From Cenococcum geophilum (taxonomy: Eukaryota): DNA of 64,000 bases. The position numbers and the translations under genes are program-made. The stretch is from contig CP158635.1 of assembly GCA_050273025.1 (NCBI GenBank), forward strand, positions 27,528,001 through 27,592,000. The letters are read 5' to 3'. The notes under the pieces were generated by a model. It made no database searches and was not told where the DNA came from. It was given only the letters and a program-made list of their open reading frames with translations. Positions 1 through 13,496 of this stretch are shown in pieces (the first letter of the stretch is position 1; each line of letters begins with the position of its first letter).

Positions 1-148
1 TTGACACATCGAAGGTCACCAGAAGTTGACTTCAGGGTCCTCTTTTGGTTTTCTGAGTCTGATCATGCTTCAGGGCCGTGGACCTGGCAAGAAACAAGAA
101 TAAGGAAGCTGGAGTCAACCACAACAGCGGTCACGGCTATTCCGAAAC

Positions 149-396
149 TGTCAATCGGGAGTCCGTGCACCGATTGTAAGAAAAGAATGATGACTCTGTC
201 TATTGAATGGTGGCTCTAGAGCCTCTATATATACATAGGAAAGGTGTAGGAAATGAGAACGAGAAGGGGGTAGGGGGGTGGCAATGGAAACAAGGGGTAG
301 GTGACTAAGTCAATGATCGAGTCAATGATTGAGTCAATGACTGAGTTAATGGGAGGCAGCTGAGTCGGTGATAAGATAACCTGATTCAGGTCAACA
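149..396 (-). repeat. 3' LTR of copia element A
   Basis: Near-identical to 12185-12432; the differences are transitions. Confidence 0.95.
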
Positions 397-2845
397 CACC
401 CCCCCAGCTGATTGACTGGTAGGTGATTAGCTGGATATACCTAAATAGGAAATATCTATGGTGTTAAACTAAATAGAAACCATCTAATAGTAAGAATTTG
501 ATAAGGAAATCGTGTAAATAAGTTAAATAGTATAGTTAAATCTGATTACAATAGAGTCTTAATATTAATCAGATTTAGTTATTAAATAAAGCTTTCGTGC
601 TTCTGCCTTGGCAGGGCCTTTATAAGGCCGTTAGCCGTCATATTAGTAGTAGGGACCTACTTAATTATAATTAAGCCCTTTTAAACTTCTTGGCGAAGCT
701 AATGCTGGTAAATATCTACGTAACGAAGCTTTATATTTAACTGAGGTCCGTTCTTAGTAAGCAGTCGAATTATCTGTAGGTTATTATAGCCAATTGTATA
801 TTCCTTATTTGTATGGAGTTGTATAGCTTAAAAGAAGCGCTACTACTAAATTAATTCGGTAGCTGCATTTAATAGAGCCTTAAGCTTAGCTTTAGTGCTT
901 AATGTTATAACTATCTTCTGCTTAGTGGAGCGCCAGTTAATTACTTCCCTAAATAGTGAAAATATGAAGCCTTTAGTGCTCTTCTAACTGATAGGATTAT
1001 TGCTAAATGCAGCATTACTTATATAGACGACGATCTAACTTCCAATATTCCTATTTAAGTATTTGATCGCTAGGGTTCTTGTTTAATAGAGGTATACAAT
1101 TGCTTAATTAACTGCGGCTTTATATAGGGGCGACGGATTGCGAAGGAATTCTACGAGCTTGCTTGAGGCTTAAGCGACGTTAGGTTATATAATGTAGGTG
1201 GCGTAGAGTAGTAAGCTGACCTTCCGTTAATATATATAGACCTACTGCTTAGAGGCCTGTTCTAGATTAGGTAAGAGATCGTCTATACTTATTAGCGTAT
1301 ATATTAGACAATAATCTTTTAGATAAAAGGTGCTAGCGATCTTATTAATATAGGAATCTTAATAGAGCTAAAGCTTCCGTTAAGGTTAATTACGGAGGAT
1401 TCTAATTCCTAAGAACCAGGTTAGTTCTCTAAGGTTCTTAATTTCATACTTCTTTATTAGCTCTTCCTTAAAGAGTTAAAGCTTTAGTATATCTTCTATA
1501 CGGCAGGCTACTATAATATCGTTAATATAAAAGAATATAATTAGCCAGTCGTTATAAAATAGGTATAATTCTTTATTAACTGCCGTCAGACCTAGGGTCG
1601 TTAGGGTAGTTAAGAACTTATTAAGCTAAAGTAGTGGTAATTATCTAAGGCCGTATAAGGCTCTTTAAAGGAGCAGACACTTACCCTTCTATTAAAAGCC
1701 ATCTGGAAACTTAATATAGACTATCTTATCAATAAGGCTATTAGCAAAGGCGTTAACTATATTGCACTACTAAGTCTCTAGATTACATATAGCGACGATC
1801 GCCATTATAGCCCTAAATATTTTTACTACAAGGGTTACTATATATGTGTTCTTTTCGCTAGGTCGTTATAAGTCACCTTATATATAAAGACGGGCTTTAA
1901 ATTTAACTAGATATTTATTAGTGTTAAACTTATAAATAAACACCTAGGTAACGGGTAAGACGTTAAGCGACACTATCCGTATAACGGTCTCAAATGTCCC
2001 TTACTGCTTAAGATTACTAAATTCCTTATTAGCGGCTTCCGCAAAGCCATCTTTATATAAATAAGCTTAAAGCTCCTTCTAGCTACAAGGTAGTAATAGA
2101 AGCTTATCGCGGTATAATCGCTTCTAGTAATATTTAATTCTGGTAGCAAAAGCTCCATAAAAGGTAGGAAGGGTATTTAATTACTTAATATCTATAAGGT
2201 AAGCTTCTTAACGCATTAAGGGCTTCTTAGTTCTTCTACTTATTATAATATTAACATCACCCATATCGCCGCGGATCTCCTATCTTAGGTAGGCTTATTC
2301 TCTAGGAACGAGTTCAAATTAGGGTTTTCGCTTAATTAAGGCACTTAATGGCTCTATATTAGTAGTATCTAATTAAGGTTCTGGCGTCTTAGCTAGGGTA
2401 GGGAGGCCTAATATAGAGTCGTCCTTAGAGGCTTATAGGCTGATTACGTTATCGTCCTAATCTATCGCTTAATCTTAATTTTTATCAGCATCTACCTATT
2501 AACTTCTACTAATATCTACCTTATCCTCCTTATCTAACGTCTTATCTAACGTCTTGTTAAGCTCTTCCTAAAGCATCCTATTAATATTTAATATATTAAT
2601 TACCTTTAAAATTTAATCCGCGCGTTTCTAGAGCAGATTTGCAAGATTTAGCTAACTATCGTTATAGAGCAATTACTTATTAAACGTCACGTCTCTTATT
2701 TAAATTACCTTCTTTTTACTAGGTATATAGACCCTAAAGATGTTTATTAACTAGTACCCCACTAGGTATCTAATATAAGCCCTTAGCTTAAGCTTTTGTA
2801 TATATAGGATTTTATATTTAAGCGGGTAAGCTCTATAGCCATATA

Positions 2846-5800
2846 TGTCACGGCACTGACCTAACGTATACTGTTTCATACTATCTTATACTATTCCCTA
2901 CTATTGGCTAGCCCACTACTAGCGACTTAGCGGCCGGCCCTACTATTTATATATAATACCCCCTTTCTACCTTCTTCCCCTCTTTATACCATAACGTAGT
3001 TATTTAGTCTACTTTATTACAGCACTATAATAGTTTATAGTATCTTTAATTTACGCCCCGTCGCAATTACTGATTCCCCGTACCCTAACTAATTAACCTC
3101 CGCCCTAGAGCAATCGCGACCTATACGCGCCTCTACTAAAACTAATATATCCCTAGCACAGTCCTAAAACAATCCTTAGTTTTTACCTAGCGCCTAGATG
3201 GGTAATACTAATGACGCCGAAATGGCCGAAACCTAAAACCCCCGCGACGTTTTTGCAGACCTATTTATAGAGATATACCCTAATATCGCGTAGATAATCT
3301 ACCGCTCCCTACTATACCCTAAGACCTTTAAGCCTAGCAAAGCTTACCTTACCCTTATTAACTATACTAATAAGTTCCTTAATAATATTAAAGTAGGACT
3401 ATAGTATATATATAACATAAACACCGCCAACGAGAAAGCCAATAAAAACCTTAGTGCCCTTATTACTTCCTAAATAGGAACTATTAACTCCTAGGCAAAG
3501 ACTATTATCGTTCTAAAATAATTAACCCTTATAATAATGGTAGTAACCTAGCAGAAAAAACGGAGATCTAAAAACCCGCTAATATTTAGCGGAAAAGGTA
3601 CCCCGCTAAAACAATAAGCTAATTTTAAGACCTAGCATATTAAGATTAAGGGAGTCTTTAACCGGGACTAGGACTACTTTAACACAGTTTAGTCCTAGAT
3701 CTTTTATATTTTGGATATGCTAAAGAACAAGGCCTATAAGTTTATTAAATAGGGCCTAGAGCTTATATATAAGAACCTAAATAACACATCTGCGTGAAAA
3801 TGGCCTACTAAGGAAGATATGCTTAAAGACCTTACTGCCCACTATAAGGTCCTTAATATAACCTAAGTCGCAAAGAATAAGCTTAACTATTTCCCCTAAG
3901 GCGAGCGTAATTACTAGTCCTAGAAGGGAGAGCTTAATAAGCTAATAGCCCGCGCTAAAAAGATAGACGAATAGAAGGTGGACCTACTCTAAAAGTTTAT
4001 CTCTCTAAAGATGGAAGAGCTAGTACTTAGACTGGCCTATAAAATTAATAACAGCGACTATATAGGTTAGAGTAAGCAGATAGATATATTTGCTAAGAAC
4101 CTCGCGAACTATATACATTAAGCCAACCTTAAGAAGAACGCTAACCACCACCTACTTACTTAAGCCCCTGCCCCTATATTAACCCTAACCCTAATAGTAA
4201 CTAGAGAACCTATAGACCTTAATAGAATCTTAGATACGGAGCGTAAGCGCTATATTAATAATAGACTATACCTTACCTATAGCTTACCCGGCCACTAGAA
4301 GGATGCCTATAACCCCGCTAAGATAGTAAACCTAGTCTTAATGCCACCCTATTAAATAACGCGAACAAATAACCGCGGATGTGGCGACTGTGGAGTCTAT
4401 TATAAACACAGCGACCGTAGAGCCTATTATAGCCGCGGCGGATAACCCCCCCCCTTTAACCCTATAGCTTAGTTACTCTAAACCATACCCTATATAGGAG
4501 CCCAACCCGTTAACAACGCCTAGTATTAGTGACTTTACGCTAGCAAATATAAACACGGCCACGTCGTTAGCAAGGTATTATTTTCCTATACCCCAACTAA
4601 AATAGAGATAGATACCGCCAGCTAGACGGACACTAGACCACCCCACTAAGACAGCCTTATACCCCAGTCGTTAAAAGGCAGACCCTTAAACTAAGTCGCG
4701 CTTAAGGGTCTAAACCATATAAGGAGGAAGACGAGAAGATTAGGTCCCTGTTACTAGATTAATTAGTCCTTTCTATTAGTAAACTACTACTTAATCTTAG
4801 ATTAGCAAATAGTAACAAGAAATTAATCCTTATTTAAACCTAACTCTCCTTATTACATAACCTATACCCCCAAGTTTATATTAATATAATAAGCCTAGTA
4901 GACTCCGGTAGTACTATAATAGCATTTACTAACGCAAAGTCTATTATAAGAAAGTATAACGTTATAACTAAGAAGCTGCTAGCACCTAGGCCACTACGCC
5001 TCGCAGATAGCATCCCAACTTTGCTTATTACGGACTACTTTACCGCCTAAATATTAATCGGCCTCTATACTAAAGCTATACTCTTTTTTATTACTAAACT
5101 TTCGCCCACTACCCTAATTATCCTAGGTATACCCTAGCTTTAAAAGCATAAGCCCCATCCTAGCTTTAGGAAACTTAAGATCCGCTTTAACTTAGACTAC
5201 TACTCTAGGCACTACCTCCTATAGAGGATAGCCGACGTTAGCAGGGACGCCCTATATAGATACTTAGCACTACTAAGCTTAGTGCCTAGAACTATATATA
5301 AAGCCCTAATAGTAGAAGACGTTCCTAATAAAGGGGAGCCCGTATAGCTGTAAAGAAATAAAATAGTAGAAGACTAGACTAACCTAGTACTTAAGACTAA
5401 AACAATAGACCAGCTAGCCCTACTAAGACTAAGGAAGAAGGTCCGCTTCGCGCCGCCACTACTAAGAAACCAACCCCAACCTAGGCACTATTTAAACCCT
5501 AGCCGCCTAGCCCAATACCTAGAACTAAGCTATATGCTATATACGCACACTACAGCTCACGTTATAGCAAGGATTGGCTATAAAACTACCAAGACCCAAA
5601 TAATAGAAACCGCGCTACTATAACGCCTAACCTTACACCTATCTCCCGCGCGTACTATATAGGGCCACTACCTTGTTTCCGCCCCCCTAGGCTAACTAAG
5701 CCATACTAGCCTAACCGTAGCACTAGAGAGCTAAATACGCCCTAACCTGGACAATATTAAATGCACCTATGCTATTAATTTTACCTAGTTCTATAAATAA

Positions 5801-8800
5801 AAAGATATAAAGGTAATAAGGATCTATATAGCGGAGCTAGTAAAACTGGTTAAATAAGATAAGCACCAACAGCTGCTTAAAGAGCTACCTATAGGCCTAA
5901 TAAAAGTACCGAACCTATCAGAAAGGTCTTTCCGCCGGCTAGTAGAAGGCAACTATATAATAAAGGAAGCCTATAAAGCGCTCCCCCCCTATTTTTATAA
6001 CTTCCTTAAGATAAATCTAAAAACTAAACCCGAGCTTTTACGTCGGAAGATAGTTAATACTAATGTTAAAAAATTTCTAAAAGGCAAACTAGGATTAACC
6101 CGTAAAGACATTCTATAACGCCTACTAAAGGAGTTTAGTAAATATATTAAGCACTTCCTCCCTAAAAATGTAGATAAGCTGCCCCCTTACCGACCATAGG
6201 ACTATAAAATTAAGATCACCCTTAAAACTAGGCCCTATACTATAAAAATAGACCACTCTTACCTGCTAAACTTAGGTATATAAAGAAGTGGATTAATAAG
6301 ATACTAGATAAGGGTTTTATCCATAAATTAACCTTACTAGCTACTATACTACTCCTCCTCGCTACTAAGCCCGGCGGCGGTATATAAATCTACTATAACT
6401 ACCGAGGCCTAAACACAGTTACTATTAAGAATTGATACCCACTACTACTAATCCGCGAGACACTTAACGCACTTTATAGCGCTAAGTACTTTACTAAACT
6501 TAATATAATTACTGCGTTTAACTGGATCCGGATTACGGAGGGCTATAAATAGCTTATAGCATTTATTACCCAGTTTAGACTCTATAAAATACTAGTTATA
6601 CCATTCGGCCTCTATAACGTACCCGCTATATTTTAAAACTATATTAACCATATTCTATACAACGCCCTTAATAACTACTATACTGCCTACCTTAATAACG
6701 TCTTTATCTTTTCTAAAACACACGCCGAGCATACTAAGTATATAAATAAAGTTATCTAAAAACTCGGCAATGCTAGACTTTAGATTAATATTAATAAGTT
6801 TAAGTTCTACTTTACTAAAATAAAATACCTTAGCTTAATTATCTTAACTAATAGTATAACTATAGACCCTAAGAAGATATAGGCCTTATAGAAATAGAAG
6901 GACCTAACATTAATTAAAGAACTATAATAATTTCTTAGCTTTGCGAACTTTTACTAACAATTTATCTAAGGCTACTTTGCTATTACTATACCTATAATAA
7001 AACTTCTAAAGAAGGATATTGGATGGCTATAGGGACTAGAATAAGCCAAATCGTTTAAGGCCCTTAAGGGAGCCTTTACTTTAGCACTAGTATTAGTATA
7101 CTATAACTATACAAAGAAAACAGTGGTAGAGATAAACGTATCAAATTAGGCTTCCGGCGGAGTTCTTTCCCAGTATAATAATAACAGAAAATTAAAACTG
7201 GTTGTATTCTTCTCCATAAAGCACTCCGCGCTAGAATATAACTATAAGATCTATAATAAAGAACTTCTAGCTATTATTAAGGCTTTAAAGGAATAGCGTC
7301 CTAAGCTATAAAGAACTAAGGAGCCGTTTAAAATCATTACCGACTATAAGAACCTATAGACGTTTATAACTACTAAATAGCTAAACTAGCGCCAAGTCCG
7401 ATGGGCAGAATTCCTTTTATAGTTTAACTTTGTAATTATATACAAACTTAGCAGCAAAGCCACGCTCCCTAACACCCTAAGCTAGCTACTAGGAATAAGG
7501 CCTAAGGACGCTAATAATAAACGCCTCCGCCACCGAGCCTAAGTTATTATACTACCCTAGAAAGTTAACCCTATAATCTTAGAAGAATTACTATACGAGT
7601 CCCGTAACTCTAATAACGCAAAGTTTATAGCCGCTCTAGACCCCAAAATAGCCAAAAAGTCACTAAATAAGTTAATCTAGCTAGGATACTAAGAGAATAA
7701 ACTCGTAAGAGATATAGTGGCAGCCCTGCGTAATTAGAAAGCTCGCTATTAGCTAAAGAAAATTAGGAAATTACTCTATTACGATAAGTTAGAATATAAT
7801 ATCGTTAACAAACAGATCTACTTCCGCCAACATCTCTTTATCCCTAACGCCCTAGACCTCCACCTAAAAGTTACCCATTACTCTTATAGCAGCGGCCCCA
7901 CTAATTACCCCAGCCGGGTTAAGACTTTTAACCTCTTAAACTAAATATACTGGTGGCTAGGAATCTCCTAGTTTACGGCTACCTTTATTAAAGACTATAC
8001 CCTATGCTTTCGTACTAAAACCCCCCATTTTACCCCGCCCGGTTTCTTAAAGCCACTAAAATTACCTACCCGCCCATAAATTAATATCTTAATTAACTAT
8101 ATTATAACGCTACTAGTATACCAACGCTACGGCAAGGTATACGAATATATCCTTATTATTATGGACTGCCTAACTAAAATATAATACCTTGTTCTAGTAA
8201 CAGGACTCTTAATAAAGGAGTTAGTTAATAGCTTTGTTAACAACATATATAAGCTCTATAGTATACTAAGCACAATTATCTTTAATCGCGGCATATAATT
8301 TATTAGCGACTTCTGGCGACAATTAAGTGAATACCTTAAGATAACCTTGCAACTAAGCTTAGCCTAGTACCTAAAAATAAACGGCTAAACCAAAATTATT
8401 AACGCCGCCGTAAATAAATACCTTTATGCTTTTATTAGCTTTATATAGAATAACTAGGTTAACTACCTACCGCTTACTAAGTTTGCTATAAATAACTAAG
8501 TTAACAAGAGCATAGGCATCTCCCTATTTTTTATAAACTATAGCTTTAACCCTCGCCTCGGAATTAAGCCTACTGGCCCCTGCCTATTAACACTATTAGC
8601 ATAAGCAAAGAAGGAGTTTTTCTACGCAGACTCTATAGCCAACCGCTTTAAGCGGATATTAACATAGCTTAAGGCCCTAGCCCGGATTTTATAGTAACGC
8701 TATAAAGATAATACTAATACCCGTAGGGATAAGAGCGCGTTATTCTATAAAGGTAATATAGTTATAGTTAGCTTAGAAAATATAAAGATAAATAGACCTA

Positions 8801-9759
8801 AGAAGAAATGGGACGATAAATAGGACGGCCTATACCCCGTACTTACAGTATACTAAGGGGTAGTTATAGTAGACCTCCTGGACCATATCTAAGTAAATAA
8901 ATCCTTTTATATATCTAAGGTCCGCCTCTAGGCTGCTAAAGAGATCCCTAGCTAAGTAAATATTAATACTATAAAGCGCCGTAATGTATAAGGACGAGTA
9001 GTAGAGAGAGATAATAACGGCAACATAAAAGATAAATGGGAGTTTAAGAAAATCCTTAATATATATAACGAAGACCCCCAGGGCCTAACTTATAAGATTA
9101 AATAGAAATATTATAAGGATATAACCTAGCAGCTAAAGGAAGACCTAAAGGGTTACAAATAAGCTGTATAGCGCTTTTATAAGCAACACCCTAAGAAGCT
9201 AAAACCCCCAGACTAGGCATAAAATAAAAAAAAGTTACGCTAAAGTCGCGGCCAACCACCGTATTAAAATTTGTGGTGGTTAAGATATTATAGAACTTTA
9301 ACCAGCAGTTAAAGTTATCTAATTGGCCAAATTCTTGCCAAAAAACGCCACACGGACCGATTTAGGTAGCGGTGTGGAGTTCTACTAACCTTACTCACTA
9401 AACTAACTAATTAGGATTTTCTATGCCCGGTATAAAAAATCGCTATTAGCTCAGTTAAGGGCGGTAAGTAGAACTAATATCTTTATAGTAGAAAATAGGC
9501 AACCCCGTACACTGCCTATTTTTAAATTATCTATTTAGTTTAGGGACTAAACCATCTAGGGGAGAGGAGTACTGTTACGGCACTAACCTAACGCATACTG
9601 TTTCATACTATCTTATACTATTCCCTACTATTAACTGGCCCACTACTAGCGACTTAGCGGCCGGCCCTACTATTTATATACAATACCCCCTTTCCACCTT
9701 CTTCCCCTCTTTATACCACAACGTAGTTATTCAGTCTACTTCATTATAGCACTGTGACA
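2846..9759 (+). mobile_element. Ty3/gypsy chromovirus LTR retrotransposon nested in copia A, RIP-inactivated
   Basis: 187-bp LTRs at 2846-3032 and 9573-9759. TSD ATATA/GTATA at 2841-2845 and 9760-9764. PPT AGGGGAGAGGAG before the 3' LTR. After reverting RIP changes: RT AYLDDVFIFS (~6685), RNaseH NYEIYDKELLA (~7240), integrase HPETDGQTE (~8370), chromodomain EWEFEKIL..YEIKWK..TWQPKEDL (~9030-9150). Confidence 0.93.
9279..9452 (+). other. 174-bp multi-hairpin non-coding module in the gypsy 3' UTR (homolog at 41229-41402)
   Basis: Colinear with 41229-41402, about 80% identical by manual count, with an identical 23-nt core TTTAGGTAGCGGTGTGGAGTTCT. Contains three inverted repeats. Confidence 0.85.
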
Positions 9760-12184
9760 GTATATTTATAGGTAAGCTATATTTAGCTTTAATAGCAAAA
9801 GCCCTAGTACTAACTAAAGCTTCTTAAAAGGTATTATCCAGCTAAGCTAGGCGCTTAATATCCGATTAATTAGATACGCTATAGCCCTAGTAATTTCTAG
9901 CTAGAGCTCTTCTAGTAATTAAGCTTTAATCCGCATATATTAAAACTTAATAATAATCACCCCCTTAGAACGTTTAGCAGAACCGTTCTAAGACTTTATA
10001 TATAGGGCCGACTATTCTAGTAATATTCCTTTTTAGGTCCTCTAGGTGTTAAACTCGCCACCTAAAGACGTTTCGCCATTAATTTAAATTATTGCGATCT
10101 TTAGGTTATATTAACGTTCTACCCTATTTAAGTATTGTATAATTACTTACATCGTTAACAACTTATAGGCAAAGGTCTCAACCTTATTTAAATGTAGAAA
10201 TTTATTATAAAAATATATTATCTAGATATAACTATTATACGCCACAATCTCTTAAAATAAGTCGATATATACTTAATAGAAGGGTCTAGTTGCCTTACTA
10301 ATAGGTAGTCTTCTTAATACAATCTCGTAAGCCTTGCTGATAGCGCAGGTCTTATAATCAATCATCGCTAGTCTTTAAAGTTTCGCACTACCTACTTCCT
10401 AGGGTAAATGCTCAATCGCGTCGGGTCCTATATGGCCCAGTCTCTTATACCAGAGTCTGCCATCTACTTCCTAATTAGGAAGGGGGTCTCGCGATTAAAT
10501 TGCGAATAAGGCCTTACTTAGGGTCCTTAATTATAGCTCATTATACTCTAGGGTCGATTAATTATAATAGCGCTCGCAATATACGAACGTCTTATAATCA
10601 TTTTTATACAGTAGGTTCTTTTTATTGTCCTACCATATATCCCTATTATTAAACTTTCTTAAGTAGGCTAAATTTGTATAAAAACCTAGTATATAAGCTG
10701 CGTTAGCTAAGAAGATCTTTTTAGGACCTAATGGCGTCCAAATAATAATTACCGCCGTCCCTATACCCTTAACTAGATCTATACCCGTCCCGGTATATAT
10801 AAAGTTATTACTTAGTTAAAGCTCGTTAACGAACCTTAATCGATTGTTAATAATATATATAATGGTTCCGTTGTCAAAAATCACGCTGTTGCGTAGCTTA
10901 TAGTTAGTACCTACTTTATAGGCGCCTATTTAATATACGTAAAAGGTACTATTATCTTCCTTTTTATCTAGGCTCCGTAAAGCTTCCTTTTCTAAAGACT
11001 ACTTCCTAACCTTCTCTAGTGTTCGCTTATACCATTCTAAGGCGTTAGTAATCTTTTCCTTAACTTTCTTAGCCGTTGCTTTATCTAATTTCTAGTCCTT
11101 TAATTAAACCAACTTATTAATATAAGGACAGTCCTGGAACCAGTAAATAGCTCTACAGTAGCACATTAGGGTATCTTTCTTCCGTGCCGTCCTAAAAGGG
11201 GTAGTAGTAGGAGCCTTATCCTTAGGAGCCTCGTCCTTAGAAGCCTTATCAATTAGCTTACCCTAAAAGCTTACTACATTGGCGCTAAGCTAAGCTCTAT
11301 TCTTTTACTAGGCAGTCTCCAATCGTTAATAGTTCCAATAAATATTAACCAGTTAATTTATAGATATTACGTGGTCCTTAGCCCTGTCATATTTGTTAAA
11401 TTTAACCCTCTACATTAAGGCCCAATTTAGTAATACTGGCTCTACCACCAATAGAAAGTCTCTAATCGCTTAATCGCCATCTACGTCTAGCAATTTAATC
11501 TTTTTATAATCGTTATACGTCTTCTCCCACTGCTATAACTAGGCCTTGAAGTTCTAATTCTTTAGGCCCTTTTTAACCTTAGCATATTAAGTAGATAGGT
11601 AGAGCTAACGTGCAGTATTAGTAGGGGCAACCCTCTCCTTAAGAGTCACTAGTATATTATATACTGAGTCAATACCTAGTATATAGGTGTTTAGATATCT
11701 AGCCACTATACCAGTAATATAGCTTTGTAGAGAAGTCAAAGCTGCCTTCTGCTTCTTATATTCCTTTTCTACTATCTTATACCTCTTACGGAGAATTCAA
11801 AGCTCGTCCTTTTTGTCCTCAGAGAGAGCTATATAGGAGGTCGTTCCTAACTTTACATCTTAAGGCCTAGGAAAGACTGGTTCAACCAATAGGGGCAACT
11901 TATCCCGTTTAGTTAAAGGGTCGACGTATTCCCATATATCTCCTATTCGGGCTCGGAGCCTAATAAGGTCAATCCATTCGTCCCAATTAGCTTGGCTCGA
12001 TAATATCACCGTCATAGTAATAGCTTAGGTAGGTAGTTAAGAAGTCATTTTAAAAAGGTGCTTACAAAAAGGTTAAAGGATTTAGTAATAAGTAGTAATT
12101 TAATAAGGGGTATATCAATTAAATAGATCAATTAAATCAAATAGTTAAATAGGGGCAATACGGCAAGCAACCTGGGCTTATAAC

Positions 12185-12432
12185 TGTCAATCAAGAGTCC
12201 GTGCACCAATTGTAAGAAAAGAATGATGACTCTATCTATTAAATGGTGGCTCTAGAGCCTCTATATATACATAGGAAAGGTATAGGAAATGAGAACAAGA
12301 AGGGGGTAGGGGGGTGGCAATGGAAACAAGGGGTAGGTGACTGAGTCAATGATCGAGTCAATGATTGAGTCAATGACTGAGTCAATGGGAGGCAGCTGAG
12401 TCGGTGATAAGATAACCTGATTCAGGTCGACA
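12185..12432 (-). repeat. 5' LTR of copia element A, with 12-bp tandem repeats containing TGAGTCA
   Basis: Matches 149-396 and is followed by the TSD GAAAC. Confidence 0.95.
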
Positions 12433-13496
12433 GAAACCCTCTCTGATTATGAACCAGCAAAAGGGTGCTCTCAAGCAGCCGTTGGTACCAAAAGCAGATA
12501 CCTTTGGCGTATCGACGGCTGAAACGGCGAAGCCTAAGGCGATTAAGTAAGTTTTCATCTTAGATACCACGTTCTCATGAGGCTAATCTTCTATTGAAAA
12601 GTGGTGTGCGGAGCGCTCCTTCAGGAATGTCAAAGCCTAAGAAAGCCAAGGTGTCTTGGGCAATTGAGCCTACACCTGTAGCAGTACCGGAGGTCATACC
12701 GACGATAGAACCAAGGGAAATAACTAATCTTTGCTCCGCAATAGCAACACATAATTCTAAACAGGCCTGTCTTGGTTGCTTGGTAGATGACGAACACCGT
12801 TACTCCGTTCTTCCTCTTTTAAAACAGCAAAACTATTCGGATCAAAGAGAATTTATCTCTCTGGAGACCATATTAAGAGACACCTCGGGAGTACGGTTAA
12901 CCCGGCGTGTTCGGTATTTGACAGCTTTGACGCTTGCTTCTTCTTATCTTCAACCTCATTCCACGCCCTGGCTCGGTACACAGTTGAGCAAAAGGGATAT
13001 CCTTTTCCTCCGCGAATCACCTAGATACGATGGCATTATAACGGGTGAACCATATGTATCTTGCCAATTTCAATACCACCCTAAGGGTGGCCCATCCAAC
13101 GAGGGATTCAATAATCGACCATTTTCGACGTTGGGCATTATGCTCCTTGAGCTTTGTTTTGGGACTGCCCTTGAGAACCATGAAACAAGAAGGAAGCTAG
13201 GTTCGGGGGACTCCACGATAAGCGTGTACTTGGACCTTGCTGCTGCGCTTGAATGGCATGTATCCGTATTGGAAGAAGCTGGCCCGAAATATGCAGCTGC
13301 AGTCAAGTGGTGTTTGGAGAAAGTCATACAAGCCTCTCAAGATGGAAATTGGAGAAATCAATTCCTTCATGAAGTGGTGGAACCGCTTCAGAGTTGTTCA
13401 GAGTCATTGGAGGGACCTGTGGGAGTTTGAATGCCTGGGTGTGCCGCGGCGCATTTTTGCATGCTGGGAGAAGCGAGAGGCTAACTGGAAACTCCC

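Larger units (their letters stand above)
149..12432 (-). mobile_element. Ty1/copia LTR retrotransposon, full length, RIP-inactivated
   Basis: 248-bp TG..CA LTRs at 149-396 and 12185-12432. 5-bp TSD GAAAC at 144-148 and 12433-12437. Minus-strand polypurine tract at 397-405. Degenerate gag-integrase-RT-RNaseH order on the minus strand, with an HLxxYGCRAY-like integrase motif across the gypsy insertion. Confidence 0.93.
1..13430 (+). pseudogene. Fungal DUF7580-like protein gene, 5'-incomplete at the window edge, interrupted by a copia/gypsy nest. Coding pieces 1-148, 12438-12546, 12602-13430
   Basis: Removing 149-12437 restores the frame (..TAIPK|PSLIMNQQKG..). Intron 12547-12601 (GTAAGT..GCTAAT..AAAAG) joins in phase to GVRSAP. 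C-terminal motifs LALTLASSYLQxHSTPWL and LGIMLLELCFG are typical of this fungal family. Family name recalled from motifs. Confidence 0.8.

Noticed and set aside
149..219. C-terminal part of ORF 1..219
   Set aside because: It is read-through into the LTR after the TSD; the true frame resumes at 12438.
304..351. Short tandem repeats in LTRs as a CRISPR-like array
   Set aside because: 12-bp head-to-tail units with no spacers, in eukaryotic LTR context.
9279..9452. Hammerhead or hairpin ribozyme identity for the shared module
   Set aside because: The RIP-reverted reverse strand has CTGATGG..GAAA, but the canonical CUGANGA core and three-stem geometry could not be built. Left unassigned.
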